A stretch of DNA of 15,975 nucleotides from Lentisphaeraceae bacterium (GTDB lineage Bacteria > Verrucomicrobiota > Lentisphaeria > Lentisphaerales > Lentisphaeraceae), in assembly GCA_043748535.1 (NCBI GenBank), contig JAYTMY010000302.1, positions 1 through 15,975 of the forward strand. Direction: 5' to 3'. Within the stretch, counting starts at the first letter, position 1. Every line of letters begins with the position of its first letter. Below, piece after piece: positions 7,582 through 14,578 of this stretch. Position numbers and translations under genes: made by a program. The notes below the pieces were generated by a model, which worked only from the letters and a program-made list of their open reading frames with translations, did no database searches and was not told the DNA's origin.

Positions 7582-9840
7582 ATGATGCTGCACACATCGC
7601 TCATATTTGGGAATCCCCTTTTGGCGCAATCTGGCTCCGGCTGGGGCTATGATATGTTTAAGCTCTTCGGAATCGTTGTTGTAGTCGGCTTGGGCAGTCT
7701 TTTTGTCCTGTGGTTGGTTTACGCGGCATTATTCGGTTATCGCAAGGTCCAGCAAGGCTCGGCCATCATCCGCACAGGCCGAGGCGGGTCAATGGTAAGC
7801 TTCGACGGCATTTCAGTGACTCCCTTGATGCACCGCATGGAAGTGATGGACATCTCGGTCAAACGGGTAGAGATTTCCCGCCACGGCGCCAGCGGACTCA
7901 TCTGCAAAGACAACATCCGGGCCGACATCAAGGTCGCTTTCTTCGTTCGAGTCAACAACACCCAAGAAGATGTCCTCAAGGTCGCCGGCATGATCGGCGT
8001 CGAGCGCGCTTCCGACCATCAGGCCCTGATGCACCTCTTTGAAGCCAAATTCTCGGAAGCGCTGAAAACCGCCGGCAAGGCCTTCGATTTCGAAGATCTC
8101 TACACCAAGCGTCTTGAGTTCAAGGAACAGATTAAGCAATTGATCGGCACCGACCTCAACGGCTACCACCTCGAAGACGCCGCCATCGACGAACTCGAAC
8201 AGACTCCGAAAAACCTGCACAACCCCGACAACGTCCTCGACGTCCAGGGTCTCGACAAGATCACCCGCATCACCCAAGAGCGGAAGATCACCATCAACGA
8301 GAAAGAGCGCGAACAGGAAAAGGCGATCACCCGCCAGAACGTCGACGCCCGCGAAAAAATCCTCGACATGGAGCGCGAATTGGCCAACGCCGAAGCGACC
8401 CAGCGCAAAGAGATCGACAGCCTGCGCGCCCGCACCGAAGCCGAGACCCACAAGGTCCAGCAGGAAGAACGCCTGCGCGCCGAACAGGCCCGCATCAACA
8501 CCGATGAACAACTCGCCATCGCCGAAGAAAACAAGAAGCGCCAGATCATCGTCGCCGAAAAATCGAAAGAGAAGACCGAAGCGGTCGAAACCGAACGGGT
8601 CGAGAAGGACCGCGCCCTCGAAGCCACCGAGCGCGAGCGCGTCGTCACCCTCGCCCAGATCGAGCGCGACAAACAGGTCGAGATCGAGCGCAAGACCATC
8701 CAGGAAGTCATCCGCGAACGCGTCGCCGTCGAGCGCACCGTCGCCGAGCAGGAAGAGAAGATCAAAGACACCCGCGTCTTCGCCGAGCTCGACCGCCGCA
8801 AGGCCGACGCCACCAAGACCGCCGAAGCCGCTGGTGACGCCATCTTGATCACCGAGTCCCGCAAAGCCGAAGCCAGCAAGAAATCCGCCGAGCTCAATGC
8901 CGAGCGCGATTACACCGTCGGTGTCCGTCAGGCCGAAGGCGACAAGAAGCGCGCCGAGCTGTACTCCGAAAAAGCTCTCGTTGAAGCGGAAACAGCGAAA
9001 AAAGCCAGCGCTCTGCACGCCGAAGGCATGAAGTCGAAAGCCGAAGGCGACGCCGCCATGCAGGCCGCCCCCGGCATTGCCGACGCCCGCGCCAAATCGG
9101 CCCTCGCCGAAGCCTTCGAGAAACAAGGCAAGGCCGAAGCCAGCGTCCAGCTCGCCATGGCCGAGTCCGCCCTCAAACAAGGCACCGCCGAAGCCGACGT
9201 CTACCGCCTCAAGGCCCAGGCCGAAGCCCAAGGCCGCCTCGCCAACGCCGAAGCCACCCAGAAACAGGGTGCCGCCGAAGCCGACGTCAGCCGCCTCAAG
9301 TACGAAGCCGAAACCAAGTTCATCCACGACAAAGCCGAAGCGATGAAAAAGCTCGACGGCGTCGGACGCGACCACGAAGAATTCAAGCTTCGCCTCGCCA
9401 AGGAACAAGCGGTCGAACTGGCCCAGATCACGGTCCAGGCCGACATCGCCGCCGCTCAATCCGAAGTCCTCAAGGCCGGCCTCGCCTCCGCCAAGATCGA
9501 CATCGTCGGTGGCGACACGATCTTCTTCGACAAGCTCATGTCCTCGGTCATCAAGGCCCGCGAAATCGACTCCCTCGTCGGCCGCTCCAAGACCCTCACC
9601 CAGGTCAAGGACACCTTCTTCGACGGCCAGGGCAATGGCGACTTCAAAGCCAACCTGCGCGGCTTCGTCGACAAGTTCGGGGTCAGCGCCGAGGAGCTCA
9701 AAAGCCTCAGCACCACCCGCCTCCTTAACAAGCTCGCCGGCCAGGCCCAAGGTGGCGACAAGGATCTGATCAACCAAGCCATTGCCGCCGTCCAGTCCCT
9801 CGGGCTCGGCGACAGCAAGGCGGGAGACCTGCTGAAGTAA
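7582..9840 (+). CDS. Flotillin-family protein (SPFH/band-7 domain; YqiK/FloT-like) with an N-terminal TM helix and a long Glu/Ala/Lys-rich coiled-coil C-terminal region.
   Basis: About 750 aa. TM helix FGIVVVVGLGSLFVLWLVYAALFGY. SPFH core QGSAIIRTGRGGSMVSFDGISV…CKDNIRADIKVAFFVRV…, which I recall as collinear with E. coli YqiK. Degenerate repeats (KQGTAEADVYRLKAQAEA / KQGAAEADVSRLKYEAE). Stop TAA at 9838-9840. Start uncertain: GTG 7552 (as in the ORF track), ATG 7576, ATG 7582 (GGAG 7 nt upstream, chosen here) or ATG 7654 (immediately after the stop of a uORF). Confidence 0.85.
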   Translation: MMLHTSLIFGNPLLAQSGSGWGYDMFKLFGIVVVVGLGSLFVLWLVYAALFGYRKVQQGSAIIRTGRGGSMVSFDGISVTPLMHRMEVMDISVKRVEISRHGASGLICKDNIRADIKVAFFVRVNNTQEDVLKVAGMIGVERASDHQALMHLFEAKFSEALKTAGKAFDFEDLYTKRLEFKEQIKQLIGTDLNGYHLEDAAIDELEQTPKNLHNPDNVLDVQGLDKITRITQERKITINEKEREQEKAITRQNVDAREKILDMERELANAEATQRKEIDSLRARTEAETHKVQQEERLRAEQARINTDEQLAIAEENKKRQIIVAEKSKEKTEAVETERVEKDRALEATERERVVTLAQIERDKQVEIERKTIQEVIRERVAVERTVAEQEEKIKDTRVFAELDRRKADATKTAEAAGDAILITESRKAEASKKSAELNAERDYTVGVRQAEGDKKRAELYSEKALVEAETAKKASALHAEGMKSKAEGDAAMQAAPGIADARAKSALAEAFEKQGKAEASVQLAMAESALKQGTAEADVYRLKAQAEAQGRLANAEATQKQGAAEADVSRLKYEAETKFIHDKAEAMKKLDGVGRDHEEFKLRLAKEQAVELAQITVQADIAAAQSEVLKAGLASAKIDIVGGDTIFFDKLMSSVIKAREIDSLVGRSKTLTQVKDTFFDGQGNGDFKANLRGFVDKFGVSAEELKSLSTTRLLNKLAGQAQGGDKDLINQAIAAVQSLGLGDSKAGDLLK

Positions 9841-9871
9841 GTGCCTCCAGGTTGATTTGATCCTGTTTCAG

Positions 9872-9910
9872 AATAGGGCCTATAGAATCTATAGGTCCTA
9901 TTTTTCTTCT
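9872..9910 (+). terminator. Candidate intrinsic terminator of the flotillin gene.
   Basis: Near-perfect palindrome aatagggcctatag-aat-ctataggtcctatt (about 14-bp stem, one G-U pair) followed by TTTTTCTTCT. It lies 32 nt downstream of the stop codon. The stem is AT-rich, so confidence is moderate. Confidence 0.45.
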
Positions 9911-9915
9911 CCGAG

Positions 9916-9988
9916 CTACCGGGGGGTCAGGACGGTTCAGGCCACCGGGGGTTCGCGTCCACCGGGGGTTCAAAACCCCCGGCTACCA
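9916..9988. repeat. Repeat-rich element resembling a tRNA 3' half (T-arm plus acceptor 3' strand), with degenerate tandem copies. Not an intact tRNA.
   Basis: Three copies of (c)accggggg(g)t(t)c at 9918, 9945 and 9961. Perfect hairpin ccggggg-TTCAAAA-cccccgg (9962-9982), T-loop-like, followed by ggctacc-a (acceptor-like). No complementary 5' acceptor strand, D-arm or anticodon arm could be found on either strand. Confidence 0.4.
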
Positions 9989-10031
9989 TCCTCCGATCGC
10001 TCCGCGATGAACGCAAAAACGAGAAGCCTTC

Positions 10032-10697
10032 ATGAATCACAAGCCCCTCCCCGCTTATACACGACTGACACCTGAGCTTCGCCGTCGACTGCTCTTGCGT
10101 CCGGCGCAAGAATCCCTCGGCCCTCTGGCTTGGTGGTTCAGCGGGCTTTTGAGCTTTGGCTGGATCTGGGTCGCGGGTTCACTCAGCACTTATTTCATCG
10201 AAGTGGGCTTCCTCCTTCATCGTCCGGCGGTTTTGCCCTGCATGCCGAATAGTGATCTAGCCGGGTGGATCGGCTTTGTCGGAACGGGGCTGCCGCTGCT
10301 GATGTTCGGCCTGGATCGACTGCAGGTTTTAGCACCAGCTCTCCAGCGTCCCTGGCCGCATTGGCGACGCTTGCAAGTGGCGTTTGTCAGAAGCTTGCCT
10401 TTGCTGAGCTTCTTGTGGATGATGGTTTTTTTGCTGCAGCTTCGATCCCATCATCGGCTTCCCGGCGATGGAAACTGGCTCCTGATTGCACTGAACACCG
10501 GCGCAGGCGTTTACACCCTGCATCTCTGGCGACATCTGATCTGCAAGCCTATGTCTCTGCAGGGAGTTCTGGTTCAAATGAAATCCAGAATGACTAAAAA
10601 AGTCCTGTTGATCATGCTGTGTATATTTATCGTCTACTGCGTGCTCATTGCAGCGTTTATCCTCTATGCCCTGAACAAGGCCAAAGTCCCATGCTGA
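10032..10697 (+). CDS. Hypothetical multi-pass membrane protein (about 5 TM, Trp-rich) with atypical codon usage.
   Basis: 221 aa. Hydrophobic helices LAWWFSGLLSFGWIWVAGSLSTYFI, IGFVGTGLPLLMFGL, LPLLSFLWMMVFLLQL, WLLIALNTGAGVYTLHLW, VLLIMLCIFIVYCVLIAAFILYAL. GC3 is visibly lower than in flanking genes, and the last about 130 nt are AT-rich (about 45% GC). Stop TGA overlaps the next start in ATGCTGA. I recognise no family. Confidence 0.55.
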   Translation: MNHKPLPAYTRLTPELRRRLLLRPAQESLGPLAWWFSGLLSFGWIWVAGSLSTYFIEVGFLLHRPAVLPCMPNSDLAGWIGFVGTGLPLLMFGLDRLQVLAPALQRPWPHWRRLQVAFVRSLPLLSFLWMMVFLLQLRSHHRLPGDGNWLLIALNTGAGVYTLHLWRHLICKPMSLQGVLVQMKSRMTKKVLLIMLCIFIVYCVLIAAFILYALNKAKVPC

Positions 10698-11854
10698 AAA
10701 CCCTCGCCATCGCCAACTACCGCTCGCTCCGCGATGTCCGTCTCGCGCTCGGTCCGCTGAACCTGATCACCGGGGCCAACGGCTGCGGCAAGTCGAGCGT
10801 CTATCGCTCCTTCCAGTTGCTCGCCAGCGCCGGACGCGGCGGCATCATTCCGGGATTGGCCCGTGAAGGCGGCATCGAGTCGACCCTCTGGGCCGGCTCT
10901 GAACAAGGAGCGCTGCGGCAGTTGCGGCAAGGAAAACCGGTGACCGCCACCGTGCGGAGTGAACCGATCAACCTGCGCCTGGGTTTCGCCACGGAAGACT
11001 TCGGTTATCAGATCGATCTCGGTCATCCGCCATCATCACCCCCTTTGAATTCGCCATTTGATTTGGATCCGGCGATCAAATGCGAAGCCATCTGGCATGG
11101 CCCGACCTTGCGACCTGGCACCCTTCTGGCGGAGCGCCGCGGCCCGCTTCTGCGTAGCCGCGACAAGGCCGGAACCTGGTGCATTGTTCATCAGGATCTG
11201 CCGGCATATGAGAGTCTTTTTGAGGCCCTCAGCGACCCGCGTTCTTCGCCCGAGGTCTTCCTGCTGCGCGAACGCCTGCGCAACTGGCGCTTCTATGATC
11301 ATTTCCGCTCCGATGCCGAGGCTCCCGCTAGGCGAGCCCAGATCGGCACGCGCAGCTTTGTCCTCGATCACGACGGCGCCAATCTCGCGGCGACGCTGCA
11401 GACGATCCGGGAACTCGGCCAGCCCGGTCTGCTGGAGCGAGCGGTGGCCGACGCCTTTCCGGGGGCGGAATTGGAGACCAGTAGTTCCCATATCCAGATG
11501 CGGCAGCTCGGCCTCTTGCGCCCCCTCGCCGCTTCCGAGCTGTCCGATGGCACCTTGCGCTATCTCCTGCTCTGCGCCGCTCTGCTCAGCATCCGCGCCC
11601 CTGAATTGCTGGTCCTCAACGAACCGGAGAACAGCCTGCACCCCGATCTCCTGCCCGCCCTCGGCCGCCTCATCCGTCAGGCCGCCGAGCGCACTCAGGT
11701 GCTGGTGGTGTCGCACTCCTTGCCTTTGATCGAAGCTCTGAACCGCGATCCCCGCTGCCAGCATCATCCCCTCGAAAAAAACGGCGGCGAAACCCAAATC
11801 ACCGGGCAGGATCCACTGATCAATCGCCCCTCCTGGCAATGGATGCAGCGATGA
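10691..11854 (+). CDS. ABC/SMC/OLD-like P-loop ATPase (AAA_15/AAA_21-type) with no recognisable nuclease domain. Walker B reads NE rather than DE.
   Basis: 387 aa from ATG 10691 (the ORF track starts at an upstream TTG/GTG, 10619). N-terminal LAIANYRSLRDVRLALGPLNLITGANGCGKSS (Walker A). Signature-like SDGTLRYLLLCAALL. Walker B/D-loop LLVLNEPENSLHPDL. H-loop VLVVSHS. The start overlaps the stop of the upstream membrane gene, so the two form an operon. Confidence 0.8.
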   Translation: MLKTLAIANYRSLRDVRLALGPLNLITGANGCGKSSVYRSFQLLASAGRGGIIPGLAREGGIESTLWAGSEQGALRQLRQGKPVTATVRSEPINLRLGFATEDFGYQIDLGHPPSSPPLNSPFDLDPAIKCEAIWHGPTLRPGTLLAERRGPLLRSRDKAGTWCIVHQDLPAYESLFEALSDPRSSPEVFLLRERLRNWRFYDHFRSDAEAPARRAQIGTRSFVLDHDGANLAATLQTIRELGQPGLLERAVADAFPGAELETSSSHIQMRQLGLLRPLAASELSDGTLRYLLLCAALLSIRAPELLVLNEPENSLHPDLLPALGRLIRQAAERTQVLVVSHSLPLIEALNRDPRCQHHPLEKNGGETQITGQDPLINRPSWQWMQR

Positions 11855-11860
11855 AGAGCT

Positions 11861-11879
11861 GGTGGTGTAAAACCCCCGG
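11861..11879. repeat. Right copy of an imperfect 19-bp direct repeat (16/19 identical; exact 11-mer aaaacccccgg). The left copy is at 9964-9982. Together they bracket the membrane+ATPase cassette.
   Basis: Left gggggttcaaaacccccgg versus right ggtggtgtaaaacccccgg. The left copy is about 50 nt upstream of the cassette's first start. The right copy begins 7 nt after the ATPase stop codon. Confidence 0.35.
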
Positions 11880-11886
11880 AGGTCTT

Positions 11887-12510
11887 TTATTTGCCCCGAA
11901 CCACGCCAAATCGCGCCGCCTCTTCGGGGCTCAAAGCCTTCTCGTCGCTGAGCACGATTTTCGACAGGGATCCGGCGGGATCTTCGAGGGTCACTTGATG
12001 GATCGAGACGCCTCCTTCGACGAGGATGCGGCGAAGGCCTTTGGCCATTTCGGCGTCCTTCGGCAAGAGCTCCAGGGTCCAGGCGTCGGCCTTGCCGCCG
12101 GCTTTGACGGTGAATTGTTTTTCGAGCTCTTTCAGGTCGGCGGCGAAGAGGGCGGCGAAGGTGCCGGCAAAGGCCGCCAGCATCGGCTGGTCGCTGGCTT
12201 TGATCTCGCTGCGGCGATTGCGGGAATCGCGCTGCACCAGGGACTTTGCGTTGATCGCAACCGACGAAGCAAAGGGTTTTTCCTGTTGCCACAAAAGGCC
12301 ATCCTGACGCGAGATCAGAAGGCGTCCAGAGGAACGCAGGGGACGGCTCAAAGCGGGCAGATTTTTTTCTTGAGAGAAGCTGGCGGACCAATCGGCCTTG
12401 CCGGCGAAGCGCTGACGCAAGCTCGCCACCAGCTCAGGCGCGGGAGCTTCTTGAGGAGCCGGGGTCGGCTCGGCGGCAAGCATGGCTAGAGCGGCGAATA
12501 GCGCGATCAT
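11887..12510 (-). CDS. LolA-like periplasmic protein (outer-membrane lipoprotein carrier fold). Last gene of the lyase operon.
   Basis: 207 aa. Signal peptide MIALFAALAMLAAEP. Strong SD AGGGAG 7 nt upstream. Loose LolA-like pattern (…LISRQDGLLWQQEKPF…, …WTLELLPKDAEMAKGLRRILVEGGVSIHQVTLEDPAGSLSKIVL). Convergent with the ATPase gene, with only a 32-nt gap. Confidence 0.55.
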   Translation of the reverse strand: MIALFAALAMLAAEPTPAPQEAPAPELVASLRQRFAGKADWSASFSQEKNLPALSRPLRSSGRLLISRQDGLLWQQEKPFASSVAINAKSLVQRDSRNRRSEIKASDQPMLAAFAGTFAALFAADLKELEKQFTVKAGGKADAWTLELLPKDAEMAKGLRRILVEGGVSIHQVTLEDPAGSLSKIVLSDEKALSPEEAARFGVVRGK

Positions 12511-12579
12511 CGGCGATCTCCCTGATTTTACTCAGCTTCAGGAACAACTCGATCGGGACGATCGAGCCACATTGAGCAC

Positions 12580-13008
12580 TTACAAGCCTTGCTTGATGTG
12601 CGGGAGGAGGCGGTCACGGAAGGATTGCGGCGAGACGAAGAGCATTTCGCCGCTGGCGGCGTCGACGGCGACTTGTACGGTGGTGCCCTTGCACAGGCGC
12701 AGGCCCTTGGGGTCGCGCAGCTCATAACGCACTTTGACGCGGTTTTCCCACTCGATCAGCTCGGCGCTGCAGACCAGCTTCATGCCGTAGCGGGCAGGGT
12801 AGGAGAAGCGCAGTTGACAGTCGACGACGGGCCAGATGTGGCCGCAATCCTTCATGTCCTGGAAGTCGTAATTGACGCCGCGGAAGAGGACGTTGCGGGC
12901 GGCTTCGAAGTAGCGCAGGTAGTTGCCGTGCCAGACGACGCCCATGGGGTCGCATTCGTGGAAGGCAACTTCGATGTCGGCGGTGGCGCGGAGGAAGACG
13001 GGAGTCAT
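12580..13008 (-). CDS. Hotdog-fold acyl-CoA thioesterase (4HBT/YbgC family).
   Basis: 142 aa. Active-site region HECDPMGVVWHGNYLRYFEAAR, matching the DxxGhVxHxxY motif of 4HBT thioesterases. Confidence 0.8.
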   Translation of the reverse strand: MTPVFLRATADIEVAFHECDPMGVVWHGNYLRYFEAARNVLFRGVNYDFQDMKDCGHIWPVVDCQLRFSYPARYGMKLVCSAELIEWENRVKVRYELRDPKGLRLCKGTTVQVAVDAASGEMLFVSPQSFRDRLLPHIKQGL

Positions 13009-13046
13009 GGATCAGTTTTTCCGTGTGGTATTGCGACGCGGCGGTT

Positions 13047-14576
13047 TCATTGGGGTTCCAGCGGCCAGTCGCCGGCGAGGACGGCGTGGCTGAGGGAGCG
13101 GAGTTCATTTTCCAGTTCGCGATCCTCGCCGAGGAAGGCGGCGTGGCGGCGGACGGCGGCAAAGGCCTGTTGGCCGCGTTCCGACAAGGCGCCGAGGGCG
13201 AGCTGGCCGCGGCGTTGGCGGATCTCGACACCTTGCGCCGAAGCCAGGAGGCAGGCGGCGGCGTTCTGCGAACAGAGCTCGGCGATGCGCAGGGCGTCGC
13301 GAGCGGCGATGGTACCCATGCTCACCTTGTCCTGATTGTGGCACTCGGTGGAGCGTGACAGGATGCTGGCGGGCAGGGTCAGGCGGGCGGCTTCGGCGCA
13401 CCAGGCGGTGGTGGCGATGCTGACCGCTTTGAGTCCGTGGTTGATCGGGGCGCGTTCGCCTTCGGCGCCAGAGAGGTTGGCGGGCAGGCCGTGCGAGGCA
13501 TGGCGGTCGGTGAGCAGGGCCATCTGGCGGTCGAGCAGGTCGGCGATGCCGGCGAGCTGCGACTTCAGGCTGTCGGCGACATAGGCGACATGGCCGCCGT
13601 AGAAGTGGCCGCCATGGAGAAGCTGGCCGTCATCGGGGTCGATGAGAGGGTTGTCGTTGGCGGAATTGAGCTCGATGACGAGCATCGATTCGAGGTGCGG
13701 CAGGGCGTCGAGAAGGACCCCGACGACATGCGGGGCGCAACGCAGCGAATAGCGGTCTTGCAGACGGTTTTCGCCGCACACCAGGGCGGTGCCGAGGTGG
13801 GAGCGGATGGCGCCGGCGGCGCGGGCCAGACCCGGGTGCGGCTTGGCGCTCATCAGGCGTTCGGAGTGGTGGCCGGGATTGCCGCGGATGGCTTCGATAG
13901 CGAGGGCGGTGGCGGCACAGGTGGCGCCGCAGATCGCTTCGGCGCGACGCAGGGCGAGGGCGGCGATCGCGGTCATGACGCTGGTGCCGTTCATCAAGGC
14001 CAGGCCTTCTTTCGGCTGCAGGACGAGCGGGCGCAAGCCGGCGCGGGCCAAGGCGTCCGATGCGGGTTCGAAGCCGGAGCCCTCGGCGGTCCAGACTTGG
14101 CGGCGAGCACAAAGTACGGCGGCGACATAGGAAAGGGGAGTGAGGTCGCCACTGGCCCCGACCGAGCCTTCGCGGGGGATGCGCGGCAGGATGTCGCGAT
14201 TGATCAATTCGGCGAGGAGATGCACTAGTTCCGGCCTGACGGCGGACCAGCCGCGGCTGACGGAGGCGAGGCGGGCGGCGAGGATGGCGCGGGTCTCTTC
14301 GCGGGAGAAGGGTTCGCCGAGGCCGCAGCCGTGGAAGCTGACCAGTTGGCCGGGGAGTTCGGCGACGAGATAGGCGGGGATGCCGACGCTGCACGAATCG
14401 CCGTAGCCGGTAGTGACGCCATAGATGACGCCGGTTTCATCCCAACGGCGACGCAGGGCATCGGCGCCGAGTTCGAGACGGGCCTTGAGATCGGGCGACG
14501 AGGTGTCGATCCGCAGTTTTCCGGCGGCGGCTTGAACCAGATGGTCCAGGGTCCAATCCTCGTGCCCGAGACGCAT
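13047..14576 (-). CDS. Aromatic amino-acid ammonia-lyase, MIO-dependent (HAL/PAL/TAL family). Substrate not resolved.
   Basis: 509 aa. MIO-forming Ala-Ser-Gly in GSVGASGDLTPLSYVA. YGVTTGYG motif. QDRYSLRCAPHVVG. NGTSVMTA. Not next to any hut genes. Start ATG is 2 nt after the stop of the upstream small ORF. Confidence 0.9.
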   Translation of the reverse strand: MRLGHEDWTLDHLVQAAAGKLRIDTSSPDLKARLELGADALRRRWDETGVIYGVTTGYGDSCSVGIPAYLVAELPGQLVSFHGCGLGEPFSREETRAILAARLASVSRGWSAVRPELVHLLAELINRDILPRIPREGSVGASGDLTPLSYVAAVLCARRQVWTAEGSGFEPASDALARAGLRPLVLQPKEGLALMNGTSVMTAIAALALRRAEAICGATCAATALAIEAIRGNPGHHSERLMSAKPHPGLARAAGAIRSHLGTALVCGENRLQDRYSLRCAPHVVGVLLDALPHLESMLVIELNSANDNPLIDPDDGQLLHGGHFYGGHVAYVADSLKSQLAGIADLLDRQMALLTDRHASHGLPANLSGAEGERAPINHGLKAVSIATTAWCAEAARLTLPASILSRSTECHNQDKVSMGTIAARDALRIAELCSQNAAACLLASAQGVEIRQRRGQLALGALSERGQQAFAAVRRHAAFLGEDRELENELRSLSHAVLAGDWPLEPQ

Positions 14577-14578
14577 GA

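Noticed and set aside
7813-9777. 654-aa ORF on the - strand
   Set aside because: It is antisense to the flotillin gene. The G/L/A/F/D-rich low-complexity translation mirrors the EA-repeat region. No start context.
9911-9990. Intact tRNA gene
   Set aside because: Only a T-arm/acceptor-3'-like half is present. No complementary 5' acceptor strand, D-arm or anticodon stem could be paired on either strand.
11036-12489. ORFs 11036-12391 (-, 451 aa) and 11839-12489 (+, 216 aa)
   Set aside because: The first is antisense to the ATPase gene, which carries Walker A and B motifs. The second is antisense to the LolA-like gene, which has a signal peptide and a strong SD. Both are Arg/Gly/Pro-rich low-complexity.
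12589-14394. ORFs 12589-13335 (+), 12722-13231 (-), 13437-14228 (+), 13630-14394 (-) and 13105-13401 (-)
   Set aside because: Alternative-frame or antisense ORFs inside the thioesterase and ammonia-lyase genes, both of which have unambiguous catalytic motifs. The translations are Arg/Pro/Gly-rich.
13047-14576. Histidase of a hut operon
   Set aside because: No hutU/hutI/hutG-like genes adjacent, and the neighbours are a thioesterase and a LolA-like gene. I do not reject the HAL family itself, only the hut-operon interpretation.
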